In this document: positions 21,534-31,983 of the stretch, piece by piece | How the letters are laid out: each line of letters opens with the position of its first letter | How positions within the stretch are numbered: the first letter of the stretch is position 1 | DNA from: an uncultured archaeon | GTDB taxonomy: Archaea; Asgardarchaeota; Heimdallarchaeia; Heimdallarchaeales; Heimdallarchaeaceae | Assembly (NCBI GenBank): GCA_964534625.1 | Contig: CAZHRF010000001.1 | Location: forward strand, 64,001 to 128,000 | DNA length: 64,000 nt | Direction: 5' to 3' | Translations under genes and position numbers: made by a program | Notes under the pieces: model-generated | Databases searched by the model: none | What the model was told of the DNA's origin: nothing | Seen by the model: only the letters and a program-made list of their open reading frames with translations

Positions 21534-22610
21534 TTGAAGATGTGGATCATGAAAATGGAAATGAGTGAGGAACAAAAAAGATTGGTCAAGCTGTATATGG
21601 GTAATTTGATGGGTCTCAAACAAATAGGTTTTCAAACAAATCAAGATCCTAGGACATTTAAGAAGAAAATAACTTCACTAGGTATAGAAATACCTTATCC
21701 TGGTTCTATCTGGACAAAAATGAAAAAACATATTGAAGGAGCCTATCTTAATTCCATACCTTATTGGTTAATAGAAGTTATTTCTGGAATCATGTTAGGT
21801 GATGGAAGTATGAGATTACAGAGTAAAACTTTTTTTCACCCAAATCATCCAACATTAGAGCATTATAAAGTAACAATAAACTTGTTAAATGAAATACAAG
21901 AAAAGGTAAAAGAGGGTTTAAGCTTAACGAAAACTGATGTAAGGGAATGGAATAAAGGCATTCAGACTATTAGATATATAAATACAGCAAACTTAAGGAT
22001 GCACAAATCAATCTTGGAACTAGAATGGGTAAAAGTATTAGCTAAAATATTCAATGAATACTTTCAGATTCAGCCTTTTGTAAAAAAAAATTTAACTAAA
22101 TCAACAAAATGGTCATGTGGGTTTGATACTTCATCTAGTGTACAACTATTTAAAATCTGGAAACAATGGTATAGAGTTGAAGGAGACAAACAGTCTAAAA
22201 TCCTACCAAATATCGTTAAAATAACGCCAAATGTGCTTCTACATTGGTATGTTGGAGATGGATATTATTGTAATACAGATATATCCTTATGTTCCCACAA
22301 TTTTACATGGAAAGAACAAGATATGTTAGTTTGTTTATTGAAAGAACAAAATATAAAAGCTACAATAAGAGAAAAAAGCGGTGTTTATTATGTCGGAATA
22401 TCTACAAAAGAGAGTAATAAAGAAATTTTCTTTGAGTACATAAGGCGAGCAAAATTTTACAAACAAGCAAAAAAACTGTTCCCACATAAATTTAGTGCAA
22501 AGATAACGAAAAGAAAGATAGTAAAAAAAATGAAAATTGAACATCCAGAATATTTTAAGAATAGTCCTGAAATAAGAAAAAAAATATTGATAAAACTTTC
22601 AGAAATGTAA
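21534..22610 (+). CDS. Free-standing two-motif LAGLIDADG endonuclease (I-SceI/LAGLIDADG_2-like) with N-terminal HTH
   Basis: Motifs ISGIMLGDGSM and LLHWYVGDGYY, SHNFTWKEQDML; N-terminal KLY..MGLKQIG...RTFKKKI..LGI HTH. True start is probably one of the ATGs at 21540-21561. Confidence 0.78.
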   Translation: MKMWIMKMEMSEEQKRLVKLYMGNLMGLKQIGFQTNQDPRTFKKKITSLGIEIPYPGSIWTKMKKHIEGAYLNSIPYWLIEVISGIMLGDGSMRLQSKTFFHPNHPTLEHYKVTINLLNEIQEKVKEGLSLTKTDVREWNKGIQTIRYINTANLRMHKSILELEWVKVLAKIFNEYFQIQPFVKKNLTKSTKWSCGFDTSSSVQLFKIWKQWYRVEGDKQSKILPNIVKITPNVLLHWYVGDGYYCNTDISLCSHNFTWKEQDMLVCLLKEQNIKATIREKSGVYYVGISTKESNKEIFFEYIRRAKFYKQAKKLFPHKFSAKITKRKIVKKMKIEHPEYFKNSPEIRKKILIKLSEM

Positions 22611-22631
22611 AAAATTAAGAAAGAGAAAAAA

Positions 22632-25343
22632 TCAGTTTTTCTCATATTTTAAAGTAGCGTGTGCAGCAGCTATTCGAGCACTAGGAACTCTGAAAGGAGA
22701 ACAACTGACATAATCCAAGCCAATTTTGTAACAAAATTCAATTGAACGAGGATCACCGCCTTGTTCACCGCATATACCTATTTCTAATTTTTCATTTGTT
22801 TTTCTTCCATCTTTTACGCACATTTCCATTAATTTTCCGACACCTTTTTCTTCTATTGATACAAATGGATCTCTTTCAATTAATCCCATTTCCATATACT
22901 TTGAAATAATTTTTCCCGCATCATCTCTGCTGAACCCTAGTGTCATTTGATGTAAATCGTTTGTTCCAAACGAATAGAAATCTGCTCCTTTTTCTCCTCC
23001 CGCTATTTCTGCACTTGTTAGCGTCGCTCTTGGTACTTCAATCATTGTTCCTATGAGATATTTGAATGTTACTCCTTCTTCTTCAAAAACCTCTTTAGCC
23101 ACGTCTTCTATATATTTTCTTTGGTTTTTAAACTCTGATTCAAACCCTATTAAAGGGATCATAACCTCGGGATATACGTCCTTCCCTAGTTTTTTCACTT
23201 TAGCAGCAGCTTTAAAGATAGCTCTTGCTTGCATTTTCGTAACTTCGGGCATTGTAATCCCCAATCTACATCCCCTAAGGCCAAGCATTGGATTCTGTTC
23301 ATGCATATCTCGAACTATTTCTAGTAGTTCATATTTTTCTTTTAATTCTTCTCTTGATACTCCTTCTAGACGTTTCTCATATATCTCAATAAGTAACTCT
23401 TCTTGTTTTGGTAGAAACTCATGCAGTGGAGGATCAATTAATCTTATGATCACTGGTTTTCCTTCAGCAACATTGAATAATCCTTCAAAGTCTTTCTGTT
23501 GAATTGGTTCTAATTGATCAATGTGTTTTTGTCTTTCTTCTTCTGTTTTAGCAAGAATCATTGATCTCACTATATCAAGTGCTTCAAAAAACATATGTTC
23601 TGTTCTACAGAGACCAATACCCTCTGCACCGAAATCTAATGCTTTTTGGAATTGATCTGCTTTATCCGCATTTGCTTTTACACCAATTTTTGCGATATCA
23701 TCTGCCCAATCCAAAATTTTTGACATACTTTCAGGTAATTCAGCCGGGGTTGTTGGTAGCTCACCTTTATAAATGGTACCATCTGTTCCGTCGATAGTAA
23801 CCCATTCTCCTTCTTTGATCAATAAACCATTACCTTTTAATTGGCATGTTTCAATATCAATCTTTATTCCCCCTCTCTCACTTCCGACAATACATGCTTT
23901 ACCGATCTGTCTTGCCACAATCGCTGCATGAGATGTTAAACCACCTTTTAATGTCAAAATACCTTTAGACGCGGCCATACCATGAAAATCTTCGGGAGTT
24001 GTTTCAACGCGAACTAAAATTGTTTCTTCACCTTTTTTAGCTGCTTCTTCAGCTCTATCTGCATCAAAGTACGCCTTACCAGAAGCAACTGCAGCTCCTG
24101 CTGCTAAACCAGTTCCAAGTAGTTTTTTTTCTAAATCTTTCTTTATTTCTTCACTTGATTTATAGGGATCAATTTCTTTCCAATTCAAACTTGGAAACAA
24201 AGAATTATCAACATCCGATGGTAAAATGCGTTGTACAGCTTCTTTTTTAGTGATTAGTTCCTCTTGCACCATGTCATAAGATATATTACCCGCTGCAATA
24301 CCTGTCCTTTTACCAGAACGGGTTTGAAGCATATAAAGTGTTCCTTCTTCAATAGTGAATTCCATATCTTGCATGTCTCTATAATACTTTTCAAGATCCT
24401 TTGCAATAGTAATTAGTTGCTCATAAACCTTTGGCATGTCCTCTTTAAGATTCTCTATCTCTTCTGGCGTTCTAATTCCTGCAACAACATCTTCACCCTG
24501 TGCATTGATTAAATATTCACCATAAACTTTCTTTTCACCTGTTGATGGATTGCGGGTAAAAGCCACACCTGTTGCTGATGAATCGCCTTTATTCCCAAAA
24601 ACCATGGTTTGAATATTAACCGCTGTTCCTAAATCGTGGGGAATATCTTGATAATTCCGATAATCTATAGCTCTTTTATTATTCCAGCTATTAAAAACTG
24701 CTCTAATAGCCTTATCTAGTTGATCACGTGGATTCTGTGGGAAGTCTTCTCCCAGATGTTCTTTGTAAATGGATTTATTTATTTGTACAAGTTTTTTAAG
24801 CTCTTCTGCAGGGATCTTAGCGTCAGATTCGACACCAATTTCCTCTTTTACTTTTTCAAGTTTCTTCTCGAAATGAGCTTTTGATAGTCCCATAACAACA
24901 TCAGCAAACATGTAAATGAACCGTCGATAACTATCGTAAGCAAATCTAGTATTATTTGTAGATTTGGCTAATCCTTCAACGGAAACATCATTTAAACCTA
25001 AATTTAGCACAGTATCCATCATACCTGGCATACTAATTGCTGCACCAGAGCGGACAGAGACAAGTAATGGGTCTTCGTTATCGCCTAATGTTTTTCCAAT
25101 TTGTTTTTCTAAGGCTTCTAATGCATCATCTATCTGTTCTTTTAATCCTTCTGGATACTCATTGTTGTTGTCTAAAAAGTGCAAACAAGCTTTGGTTGAA
25201 ATCACAAATCCAGGAGGTACGGGTAATCCTATAGAGGTCATTTGAGCAAGATTAGCTCCTTTTCCTCCAAGTAGGGATTTCATACTAGCGTCTGCTTCGC
25301 AAATATTTTTTTTAAAGAATTTATATACGTATTTTTCACTCAT
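22632..25343 (-). CDS. ppdK: Pyruvate, phosphate dikinase
   Basis: LLGGKGANLA, LLVSVRSGA, GGLTSHAAIVAR (phospho-His), GLCRTEHMF, SFGTNDL, GICGEQGG, YVSCSPFRVP. Confidence 0.97.
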   Translation of the reverse strand: MSEKYVYKFFKKNICEADASMKSLLGGKGANLAQMTSIGLPVPPGFVISTKACLHFLDNNNEYPEGLKEQIDDALEALEKQIGKTLGDNEDPLLVSVRSGAAISMPGMMDTVLNLGLNDVSVEGLAKSTNNTRFAYDSYRRFIYMFADVVMGLSKAHFEKKLEKVKEEIGVESDAKIPAEELKKLVQINKSIYKEHLGEDFPQNPRDQLDKAIRAVFNSWNNKRAIDYRNYQDIPHDLGTAVNIQTMVFGNKGDSSATGVAFTRNPSTGEKKVYGEYLINAQGEDVVAGIRTPEEIENLKEDMPKVYEQLITIAKDLEKYYRDMQDMEFTIEEGTLYMLQTRSGKRTGIAAGNISYDMVQEELITKKEAVQRILPSDVDNSLFPSLNWKEIDPYKSSEEIKKDLEKKLLGTGLAAGAAVASGKAYFDADRAEEAAKKGEETILVRVETTPEDFHGMAASKGILTLKGGLTSHAAIVARQIGKACIVGSERGGIKIDIETCQLKGNGLLIKEGEWVTIDGTDGTIYKGELPTTPAELPESMSKILDWADDIAKIGVKANADKADQFQKALDFGAEGIGLCRTEHMFFEALDIVRSMILAKTEEERQKHIDQLEPIQQKDFEGLFNVAEGKPVIIRLIDPPLHEFLPKQEELLIEIYEKRLEGVSREELKEKYELLEIVRDMHEQNPMLGLRGCRLGITMPEVTKMQARAIFKAAAKVKKLGKDVYPEVMIPLIGFESEFKNQRKYIEDVAKEVFEEEGVTFKYLIGTMIEVPRATLTSAEIAGGEKGADFYSFGTNDLHQMTLGFSRDDAGKIISKYMEMGLIERDPFVSIEEKGVGKLMEMCVKDGRKTNEKLEIGICGEQGGDPRSIEFCYKIGLDYVSCSPFRVPSARIAAAHATLKYEKN

Positions 25344-25676
25344 AATAATAGGCACCTGTTTGGTTTCCTTATTAAATAATAGTCAAATCAATCTCGGAGT
25401 ATTTGTTTTTTAATATTATGATTCATTTCATTTTTATTTACAAATATTACATTACGTATGTTAAAACTGTATTGGCTTTTATTAATTGAAAGTATTATCA
25501 TTTAACCATATTTCTTTCGTAAAAATATTTCTTTATGCGGTATAATAACTCTCGAGTTTATAGGAATGCGTAACCAAAGTTTTAGATATAACTTCTTATA
25601 TCTATTAAAAACATCTCTTCCAATTATCTCTATATTAAGACAATATTTAACAAACTAGTAAATTTTAGTATATTTA

Positions 25677-26489
25677 ATGCATGAAAAATTAATATTACTA
25701 ACAAATGACGATGGAATTAATTCGCTTGGCTTACAATCTCTCTATGAAGTTATAAAAGACAAGGGAAACACCATATGTGTCGCCCCCGTATCACCTAGTT
25801 CTGCTGTATCCAAATCCTTAACTTTTCATAAACCTATTAGATATAGCAAATACACTTTTCCTGATGGAAAGAAAGGGTATAGTACCACAGGTTCGCCTGC
25901 AGATAATGTTCTCGTTGGTATACATTTATTGAAGAAAAAACCGGATCTTGTAGTAAGTGGCATTAATTATGGTGATAATTCATCGATACATTCAATGCTA
26001 ACTTCTGGAACTTGTGCAGCGGCATTTGAAGCTTATTTTAATAAGATACCCGCTGTGGCCTTTTCAACCTCTCTCTCTCATGATTCACAATTAATTGAGC
26101 AAAAGGGTATTGATTTCAGTAAATTTGCAATGGTGTCTGGTGCAATAGTTGAACTACTACTTGAGATTGAGTGGCCCATAGGCTTAGCTTTTTTAAATGT
26201 AAATTTTCCCGCTACAATAAATTCTGAAACAAAAGTACATGTCACGTATCCGACTTTATATAAATATGATAACTATATGGTACAGAAAGATGATCCAAGG
26301 GGTCTGCCCTATTTGTGGCTTTGGGGTGAGCGCAAGACAACTTTTCCCGAGGGTAGTGACACATGGGCTGTTGTTCAGAAGAAAGGAATTAGTGTAACAC
26401 CTATTTCATTAAATTTACATGACATTACTGACCAATCACAAGGTTTAGCTTGTTATATACAAGAACATCTCGATGATTTACCTTTATAA
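25677..26489 (+). CDS. surE: 5'/3'-nucleotidase SurE
   Basis: ILLTNDDGI, GSPAD, DLVVSGINYGDN, SGTCAAA, LNVNFP, SVTPI. Confidence 0.95.
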   Translation: MHEKLILLTNDDGINSLGLQSLYEVIKDKGNTICVAPVSPSSAVSKSLTFHKPIRYSKYTFPDGKKGYSTTGSPADNVLVGIHLLKKKPDLVVSGINYGDNSSIHSMLTSGTCAAAFEAYFNKIPAVAFSTSLSHDSQLIEQKGIDFSKFAMVSGAIVELLLEIEWPIGLAFLNVNFPATINSETKVHVTYPTLYKYDNYMVQKDDPRGLPYLWLWGERKTTFPEGSDTWAVVQKKGISVTPISLNLHDITDQSQGLACYIQEHLDDLPL

Positions 26490-26554
26490 TAGTTTATAGT
26501 AGATTATTTTTGTATCGTTCACTTTAAATAATAATAGCTATAGTGTGTGTGCAT

Positions 26555-27946
26555 ATGGATCTTCAGAACAGAGAGTACCAAACATATATTCAGAAAGAAA
26601 TAAAGAACCATGTGAAAAAGGACCATAGTGTTATACTTGAATTAGATTGTGGTATGGGAAAACGTGTTATAACTTATAATTTACTTACAAGGATTTTTCC
26701 AGACAAAAAAATAATTGTTTTTTTACAAAATTATTCTTCTCTACAAGAAACATTACATTATCTAGAAGAAGAATATGGTGGAGTTAAGGGTTTAGTAGCC
26801 ATACAGAGTGGATATAATTCTGACTATAGGAGAACATTAATACAAAATAATAGAGTAATCCTTTCATTACCAATTGTTTTCAATAATACATTAGAAAAAT
26901 ATCCTAAAATTATTAATGATTTGGACATTGTAATAATAAATGAAATTGACCAAATTATTCGAAGAGTATCTCAAAAAAATGTTCTCTGTGTGCCTTGGAA
27001 CAAATTAATTCCAAAGTTGAAGCATATAAAATTTATAGGTATGAGTGGAACATTACGTGACAATCATACAATTTTTGATGATGATCAACTCAAAATAAGA
27101 AATGAATTGAAGACACTACGTGACGTATTACCCAATGCTAAACTGATTACAATTGAAGATTTTATTGATACGGATTTAAAAGAATATATTAGAAATACAG
27201 AGGTGCATTTAATACCTATTCAAGATAAGAAAACCAAAGCGGTTTTGCTTTTTTTAACTGAAGAAATAAAAAAGGTAAAAACACAAATAATGGCGGATTT
27301 AGAAGAATATGCTCCACATCAACTTAAGAAAGCAAAAGAGAACTTTTATGGAAATTTGGGTTTATTTGATATCGAGACAGAATTATTACAAAAAATAAAT
27401 CGATTGTTGTTGCTTAGAAAGTATGTCTATTCTATGCCCGTTAAGAGTTATACCAATTATCTAAATCGATTTGGTTTTAACAATCAAGTTACAAGTGGAT
27501 TGACACACAGAAGTGGTAAAGAGCTGGAAATCATGAACATAGTAAACCAGCATAAAAAAAGTGCCATACTGTGTTCATATCTATCAACGGTTTATTCGTT
27601 ATCTGAATTAATCGCTGAACAACAAATAAAAACATTTATCGTAACAGGTAAGATTAGAAATAAAAATGAAGTGATTAATAATTTTAAAGAAGCAAAGAAA
27701 AAAGCTGTTTTATTAATGTCTCCAGTTGGAGAACGAGATATTGACATACCAGATACAGATGTTCTAATCGTGTTTGATGTGGTGAACTCAGCAAAGACAA
27801 TTTATCAAAAAATCAAACGGAGTCGAGGGGGAGATGTTTATATCCTTTTTTATGATGAAACACCTGAACGTTCAAAGGTTAGACGAGTAGTTAGTAAAAT
27901 TGTTATTAGATATCCGTGGTCTACTATTTTTTACTCAAAAAATTAA
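26555..27946 (+). CDS. Superfamily 2 helicase-like protein (Hef/FANCM-like) with degenerate ATPase motifs
   Basis: Q motif REYQ, motif I LDCGMGKR, II INEID, III GMSGT, V VGERDIDIP, VI YQKIKRSRG; helical insert between RecA domains. Confidence 0.7.
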   Translation: MDLQNREYQTYIQKEIKNHVKKDHSVILELDCGMGKRVITYNLLTRIFPDKKIIVFLQNYSSLQETLHYLEEEYGGVKGLVAIQSGYNSDYRRTLIQNNRVILSLPIVFNNTLEKYPKIINDLDIVIINEIDQIIRRVSQKNVLCVPWNKLIPKLKHIKFIGMSGTLRDNHTIFDDDQLKIRNELKTLRDVLPNAKLITIEDFIDTDLKEYIRNTEVHLIPIQDKKTKAVLLFLTEEIKKVKTQIMADLEEYAPHQLKKAKENFYGNLGLFDIETELLQKINRLLLLRKYVYSMPVKSYTNYLNRFGFNNQVTSGLTHRSGKELEIMNIVNQHKKSAILCSYLSTVYSLSELIAEQQIKTFIVTGKIRNKNEVINNFKEAKKKAVLLMSPVGERDIDIPDTDVLIVFDVVNSAKTIYQKIKRSRGGDVYILFYDETPERSKVRRVVSKIVIRYPWSTIFYSKN

Positions 27947-28044
27947 ACTTCTTTTAATAGAAGTCGTTATTCATAAGCTTTTTATTGGCTAGAAAAGTTT
28001 GGTTACAAGGACAAATAATTTTTATATATTCCGGGATGTTATAA

Positions 28045-31000
28045 ATGAGTAGTAAACTAAATAATAAAAACACAAATGTCCGTTGGACCATCATGAATTC
28101 AATGTTCAAAGAACTTGGTCTTGTACGACAGCATCTTGATTCTTTTAACAATTTTATTGAAAGTGGTCTAAAATCTGTTCTTGAAGAGATAGATGTGATA
28201 GAACCCGAAGATTCAGAATTCTATGTTAAATTAGAAGAGGTTGAAATTGAAGACCCAACCGTTCGTGAAGCAGATGGTTCTCAAACACCTTGTTTCCCAA
28301 TGGAAGCAAGAATTAGAAATCTGACTTATGCTTCAAGGTTGAACTTGATTATGACTCCTGTTCATCGAGATCCAAATACGGGAGTTGAGACTCAGAGAGA
28401 AACAACAAAAGTATTTATAGGTTATCTTCCCATCATGTTGAAATCAAGTAAATGTGTTCTAAGTAATTTTTCAAAAGAACAACTAATTAAATATGGAGAA
28501 GATCCAAAGGATCCTGGCGGTTATTTCATAATAAATGGTAGCGAACGAGTAATTGTGACACAAGAAGATCTGGCGCCTAATAGAATACTCACAGAAAGAT
28601 TAACAAAAAAAAGTAACATAACTTCTGAAGCAAAAGTATTTAGTGTGCATCATGGTTTTCGTGCTCCTGTTACTGTTGAGCATACAAAAGATGGACAATT
28701 AAGAGTAAGTTTCCCAAGTATGCCAAGAAAAATTTCTCTTATTTTGTTAATGAGAGCATTGGGAATTGAGAGAGATGATATGATTGCAATGGCTGTTAGT
28801 CCAACTCCTGAATTACGTTCACGGATAATGTCTATTTTGATGCGCGAATCATCTGAAGTAGACACAACAAAAGATGCTCTCGATTACATTGGAAAGAGAG
28901 TGGCTGTTGGTCAAACAAAAGAATATCGTATCAATCGTGCCATGCAAGTACTTGACAAATATTTGCTTCCACATCTTGGAAGTGATGAAGAGTCTAGAAT
29001 AAAGAAAGCGTTTTTCTTGGCAAGAATGGCACAAAGATTACTTGAATTAGAAGAAGGATTAAGAGAACCTGATGATAAAGACCACTATGCAAATAAAAGA
29101 TTAAAATTAGCTGGTGATTTGCTCTTAATGCTATACCGTGTGGCATTCCATGCTCTTTGTAGAGATATTAAATATCAATTAGAGCGAGTAACGGTGAGAG
29201 GTAGAAAACCAAATCTTAAAACAGCAGTACGTGCAGATTTAATAACTGAAAGATTAAAACATGCTTTAGCAACGGGTAATTGGACGGGTGGAAAATCAGG
29301 TGTCAGTCAGCTGCTAGATAGAACAAATTATATGTCTGCCTTGAGTCATTTAAGAAGGGTTGTAAGCCCATTAAGTAGAAGCCAACCCCATTTTGAAGCT
29401 AGAGATCTTCATCCAACACATTTTGGTAAAATTTGTCCAAGTGAAACACCAGAAGGACCTAATTGTGGTCTAGTCAAAAATTTAGCTTTACAAGCTTATA
29501 TTAGTGTGGGTATTAATCCAAATCTGATTGAAAAAGTAATAGTTGATGATCTGGGTGTTCATAAAATAGAAGCAAAAAATCTAACCTCACCAAATTCTCC
29601 ATTCGTTAAATTATTGGCAGATCCTAATACTGCTAAAGTTTTTTTGAATGGTAGTTTCTTAGGTGTGATAGATGATTCCAAAACATTTGTTAATAGTTTC
29701 ATTGAAAAAAGAAGAAAAGGAGAGATTTATCATGACGCAAATATATCTAGTTTTGAGGATACTCACGAAATAAATATAAATTGTGATGCAGGAAGAGTAA
29801 GAAGACCATTGATTATTGTTGAAGATGGAGAATCCCGATTAAAGAAAGAGCATCTGAATTCAATTGCTAATGGTAAATGGGTGTGGACAGATCTCATAAG
29901 AGATAGAGTTATTGAATATGTAGATGCAGAGGAAGAAGAAAATCTACTGATTGCAATTGATGAAAATAAAACGAATCGTGATACAACCCATATGGAAATT
30001 GTCCCAAGTACAATGTTGGGTATTTGCGCTTCCTTGATACCTTTTCCAGAGCATAACCGTTCTGATCGGAATGTGTATGAAGCAGGGATGGCAAAACAAG
30101 CATTAGGGTTGTATGCTGGTAATTTTAGATTTAGAGTTGATACAAGAGCTCACATTTTACATTATCCACAAAAACCTATTGTTAAAACACATGGAATGGA
30201 TCCCATAGGATTTGAAGATAGACCAGCCGGACAAAATTTTGTGGTTGCGTTACTTTCATATGAAGGTTATAATATGGAAGATGCATTATTGATAAATAAA
30301 GCAGCCATAGAAAGGGGCTTGGGTAGAAGTACATTCTATCGTACTTACGATGCCGAAGAAAGAAAGTATCCTAATGGACAAGAAGATACATTCGAAATAC
30401 CAGATGAAACAGTAAGAGGATATAAGGATGAATCTCAATATGTACATCTCGGTGAAGATGGGATAATAGAACCAGAAATAGCAGTTGATGGCAGTAGAGG
30501 CGAAGTTCTTATAGGTAGAACGAGTCCTCCCAGATTTTTAGAAGAATATACGGAATTTGATGTTCCTCCACAAAATCGAAGAGAAACAAGTAAAGCAATA
30601 AGACACGGAGAAAAAGGGATTTCTGATTTAGTTATTCTGTCTGATACAAATGAAGGAAATAGACTCGTTAAAGTAAGAGTTAGATCAGAAAGAATACCAG
30701 AAATTGGAGATAAATTTGCAAGTAGACACGGACAAAAAGGGGTTATTGGTTTGATTGTACCACAAGAAGACATGCCATTTACAGCTGAGGGGATAACCCC
30801 CGACATAATTATCAATCCTCATGCAGTACCAAGTCGTATGACAGTAGGACATCTTATGGAGTTGTTGGCTGGAAAAATTGGTTCGCAAAAAGGGACTTCT
30901 ATGTACGGTACAGCTTTTAGCAAAACGACCCCAAAGCAACTACACGATGAGCTGAAAAACCTAGGTATGAACCCATTAGGACGTGAGGTCATGTATGATG

Positions 31001-31443
31001 GAAAAAGTGGTAAAAAAATAGAAGGAACAATCTTTGTTGGATGTCAATTCTATCAAAAATTACATCATTTAGTACAAGATAAGCTACACGCCAGAGCAAG
31101 AGGACCAATTCAAATGCTAACTAGACAACCTACAGAAGGACGAGCTAGAGAAGGCGGTCTAAGGTTTGGTGAGATGGAACGGGATTGTTTAATTGGGCAT
31201 GGAACATCAATATTACTTAAAGAAAGATTATTAGATGAATCAGATAAAACAGAAGCCCTAATTTGTTCCAAATGTGGATTTTTAGCAATGTATGATCGAA
31301 ATAGAGATCGTTATCAGTGTCCTGTATGCAAAGAAGAAACAACGGTTTCAAAGGTTGTAATAAGTTATGCATTCAAATTGTTAATGCAAGAACTGATGAG
31401 TTTGGGCATTGCTCCACACATACAACTAGAAGACATAGCCTAA
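28045..31443 (+). CDS. rpoB: DNA-directed RNA polymerase subunit B (undivided Rpo2)
   Basis: GGYFIINGSERV, ETPEGPNCGLVKN, GYNMEDA, GDKFASRHGQKG, GGLRFGEMERD, C-terminal zinc ribbon. Confidence 0.99.
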   Translation: MSSKLNNKNTNVRWTIMNSMFKELGLVRQHLDSFNNFIESGLKSVLEEIDVIEPEDSEFYVKLEEVEIEDPTVREADGSQTPCFPMEARIRNLTYASRLNLIMTPVHRDPNTGVETQRETTKVFIGYLPIMLKSSKCVLSNFSKEQLIKYGEDPKDPGGYFIINGSERVIVTQEDLAPNRILTERLTKKSNITSEAKVFSVHHGFRAPVTVEHTKDGQLRVSFPSMPRKISLILLMRALGIERDDMIAMAVSPTPELRSRIMSILMRESSEVDTTKDALDYIGKRVAVGQTKEYRINRAMQVLDKYLLPHLGSDEESRIKKAFFLARMAQRLLELEEGLREPDDKDHYANKRLKLAGDLLLMLYRVAFHALCRDIKYQLERVTVRGRKPNLKTAVRADLITERLKHALATGNWTGGKSGVSQLLDRTNYMSALSHLRRVVSPLSRSQPHFEARDLHPTHFGKICPSETPEGPNCGLVKNLALQAYISVGINPNLIEKVIVDDLGVHKIEAKNLTSPNSPFVKLLADPNTAKVFLNGSFLGVIDDSKTFVNSFIEKRRKGEIYHDANISSFEDTHEININCDAGRVRRPLIIVEDGESRLKKEHLNSIANGKWVWTDLIRDRVIEYVDAEEEENLLIAIDENKTNRDTTHMEIVPSTMLGICASLIPFPEHNRSDRNVYEAGMAKQALGLYAGNFRFRVDTRAHILHYPQKPIVKTHGMDPIGFEDRPAGQNFVVALLSYEGYNMEDALLINKAAIERGLGRSTFYRTYDAEERKYPNGQEDTFEIPDETVRGYKDESQYVHLGEDGIIEPEIAVDGSRGEVLIGRTSPPRFLEEYTEFDVPPQNRRETSKAIRHGEKGISDLVILSDTNEGNRLVKVRVRSERIPEIGDKFASRHGQKGVIGLIVPQEDMPFTAEGITPDIIINPHAVPSRMTVGHLMELLAGKIGSQKGTSMYGTAFSKTTPKQLHDELKNLGMNPLGREVMYDGKSGKKIEGTIFVGCQFYQKLHHLVQDKLHARARGPIQMLTRQPTEGRAREGGLRFGEMERDCLIGHGTSILLKERLLDESDKTEALICSKCGFLAMYDRNRDRYQCPVCKEETTVSKVVISYAFKLLMQELMSLGIAPHIQLEDIA

Positions 31444-31461
31444 TTCATCTTTTTTTATTCT

Positions 31462-31890
31462 TTATTCTTGTTTAATATTTTTTATTCGTTCTAAGATCAT
31501 ATTATTGTATTCATTTGAACTGATCTCTATAGTTCTAAATATATTAAGTTCTTCTGCCAATATTTTTGCTATTAGATGATAACAATATTTGAGTTCTTTT
31601 CTATTTATTACTCGAATTTGAAAGTCATAGCATTCACAAAAGTTAGAGTCAATAATTAAATAAGGTTTTTTTGATCCTTTAACCTCCCAGATGTGCTGAT
31701 TTTTTGAGATGATTAATTTCTTGACGCCATTTTTTTTAATCACTTCAATAGCTTTTTCCCCTCTCAGACTAAAGGCATCAATAATTTCATTTTCCAGTAT
31801 TTCTGTTAATCTTTTTTCTTTTTTAAGATAAAAGAGTGATTTCTTCATATTTTCTTCGTCAATATCCTTTTTTGACATATTTATAACCAT
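31462..31890 (-). CDS. SWIM zinc-finger protein
   Basis: RGEKA...VKK...WEVKGSKKPYLI...FCECYDF...CYHLIA (CxC-xn-CxH). Confidence 0.8.
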   Translation of the reverse strand: MVINMSKKDIDEENMKKSLFYLKKEKRLTEILENEIIDAFSLRGEKAIEVIKKNGVKKLIISKNQHIWEVKGSKKPYLIIDSNFCECYDFQIRVINRKELKYCYHLIAKILAEELNIFRTIEISSNEYNNMILERIKNIKQE

Positions 31891-31983
31891 TTTAGTTAAG
31901 TATACTAAAAATATGCAAAGTTAACTATATAAGTTAACCTTGACCATAAATTATCATCAATTGAATGATGTATCTATGAAAGA

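Noticed and set aside
21440-22631. Group I intron or intein housing the LAGLIDADG ORF
   Set aside because: No interrupted host gene, no recognisable P7 core motifs and no intein terminal residues; both flanking genes are complete.
25356-25676. Replication origin in the AT-rich ppdK/surE spacer
   Set aside because: No ORB-like repeats or cdc6/orc1 nearby; explained by divergent promoters.
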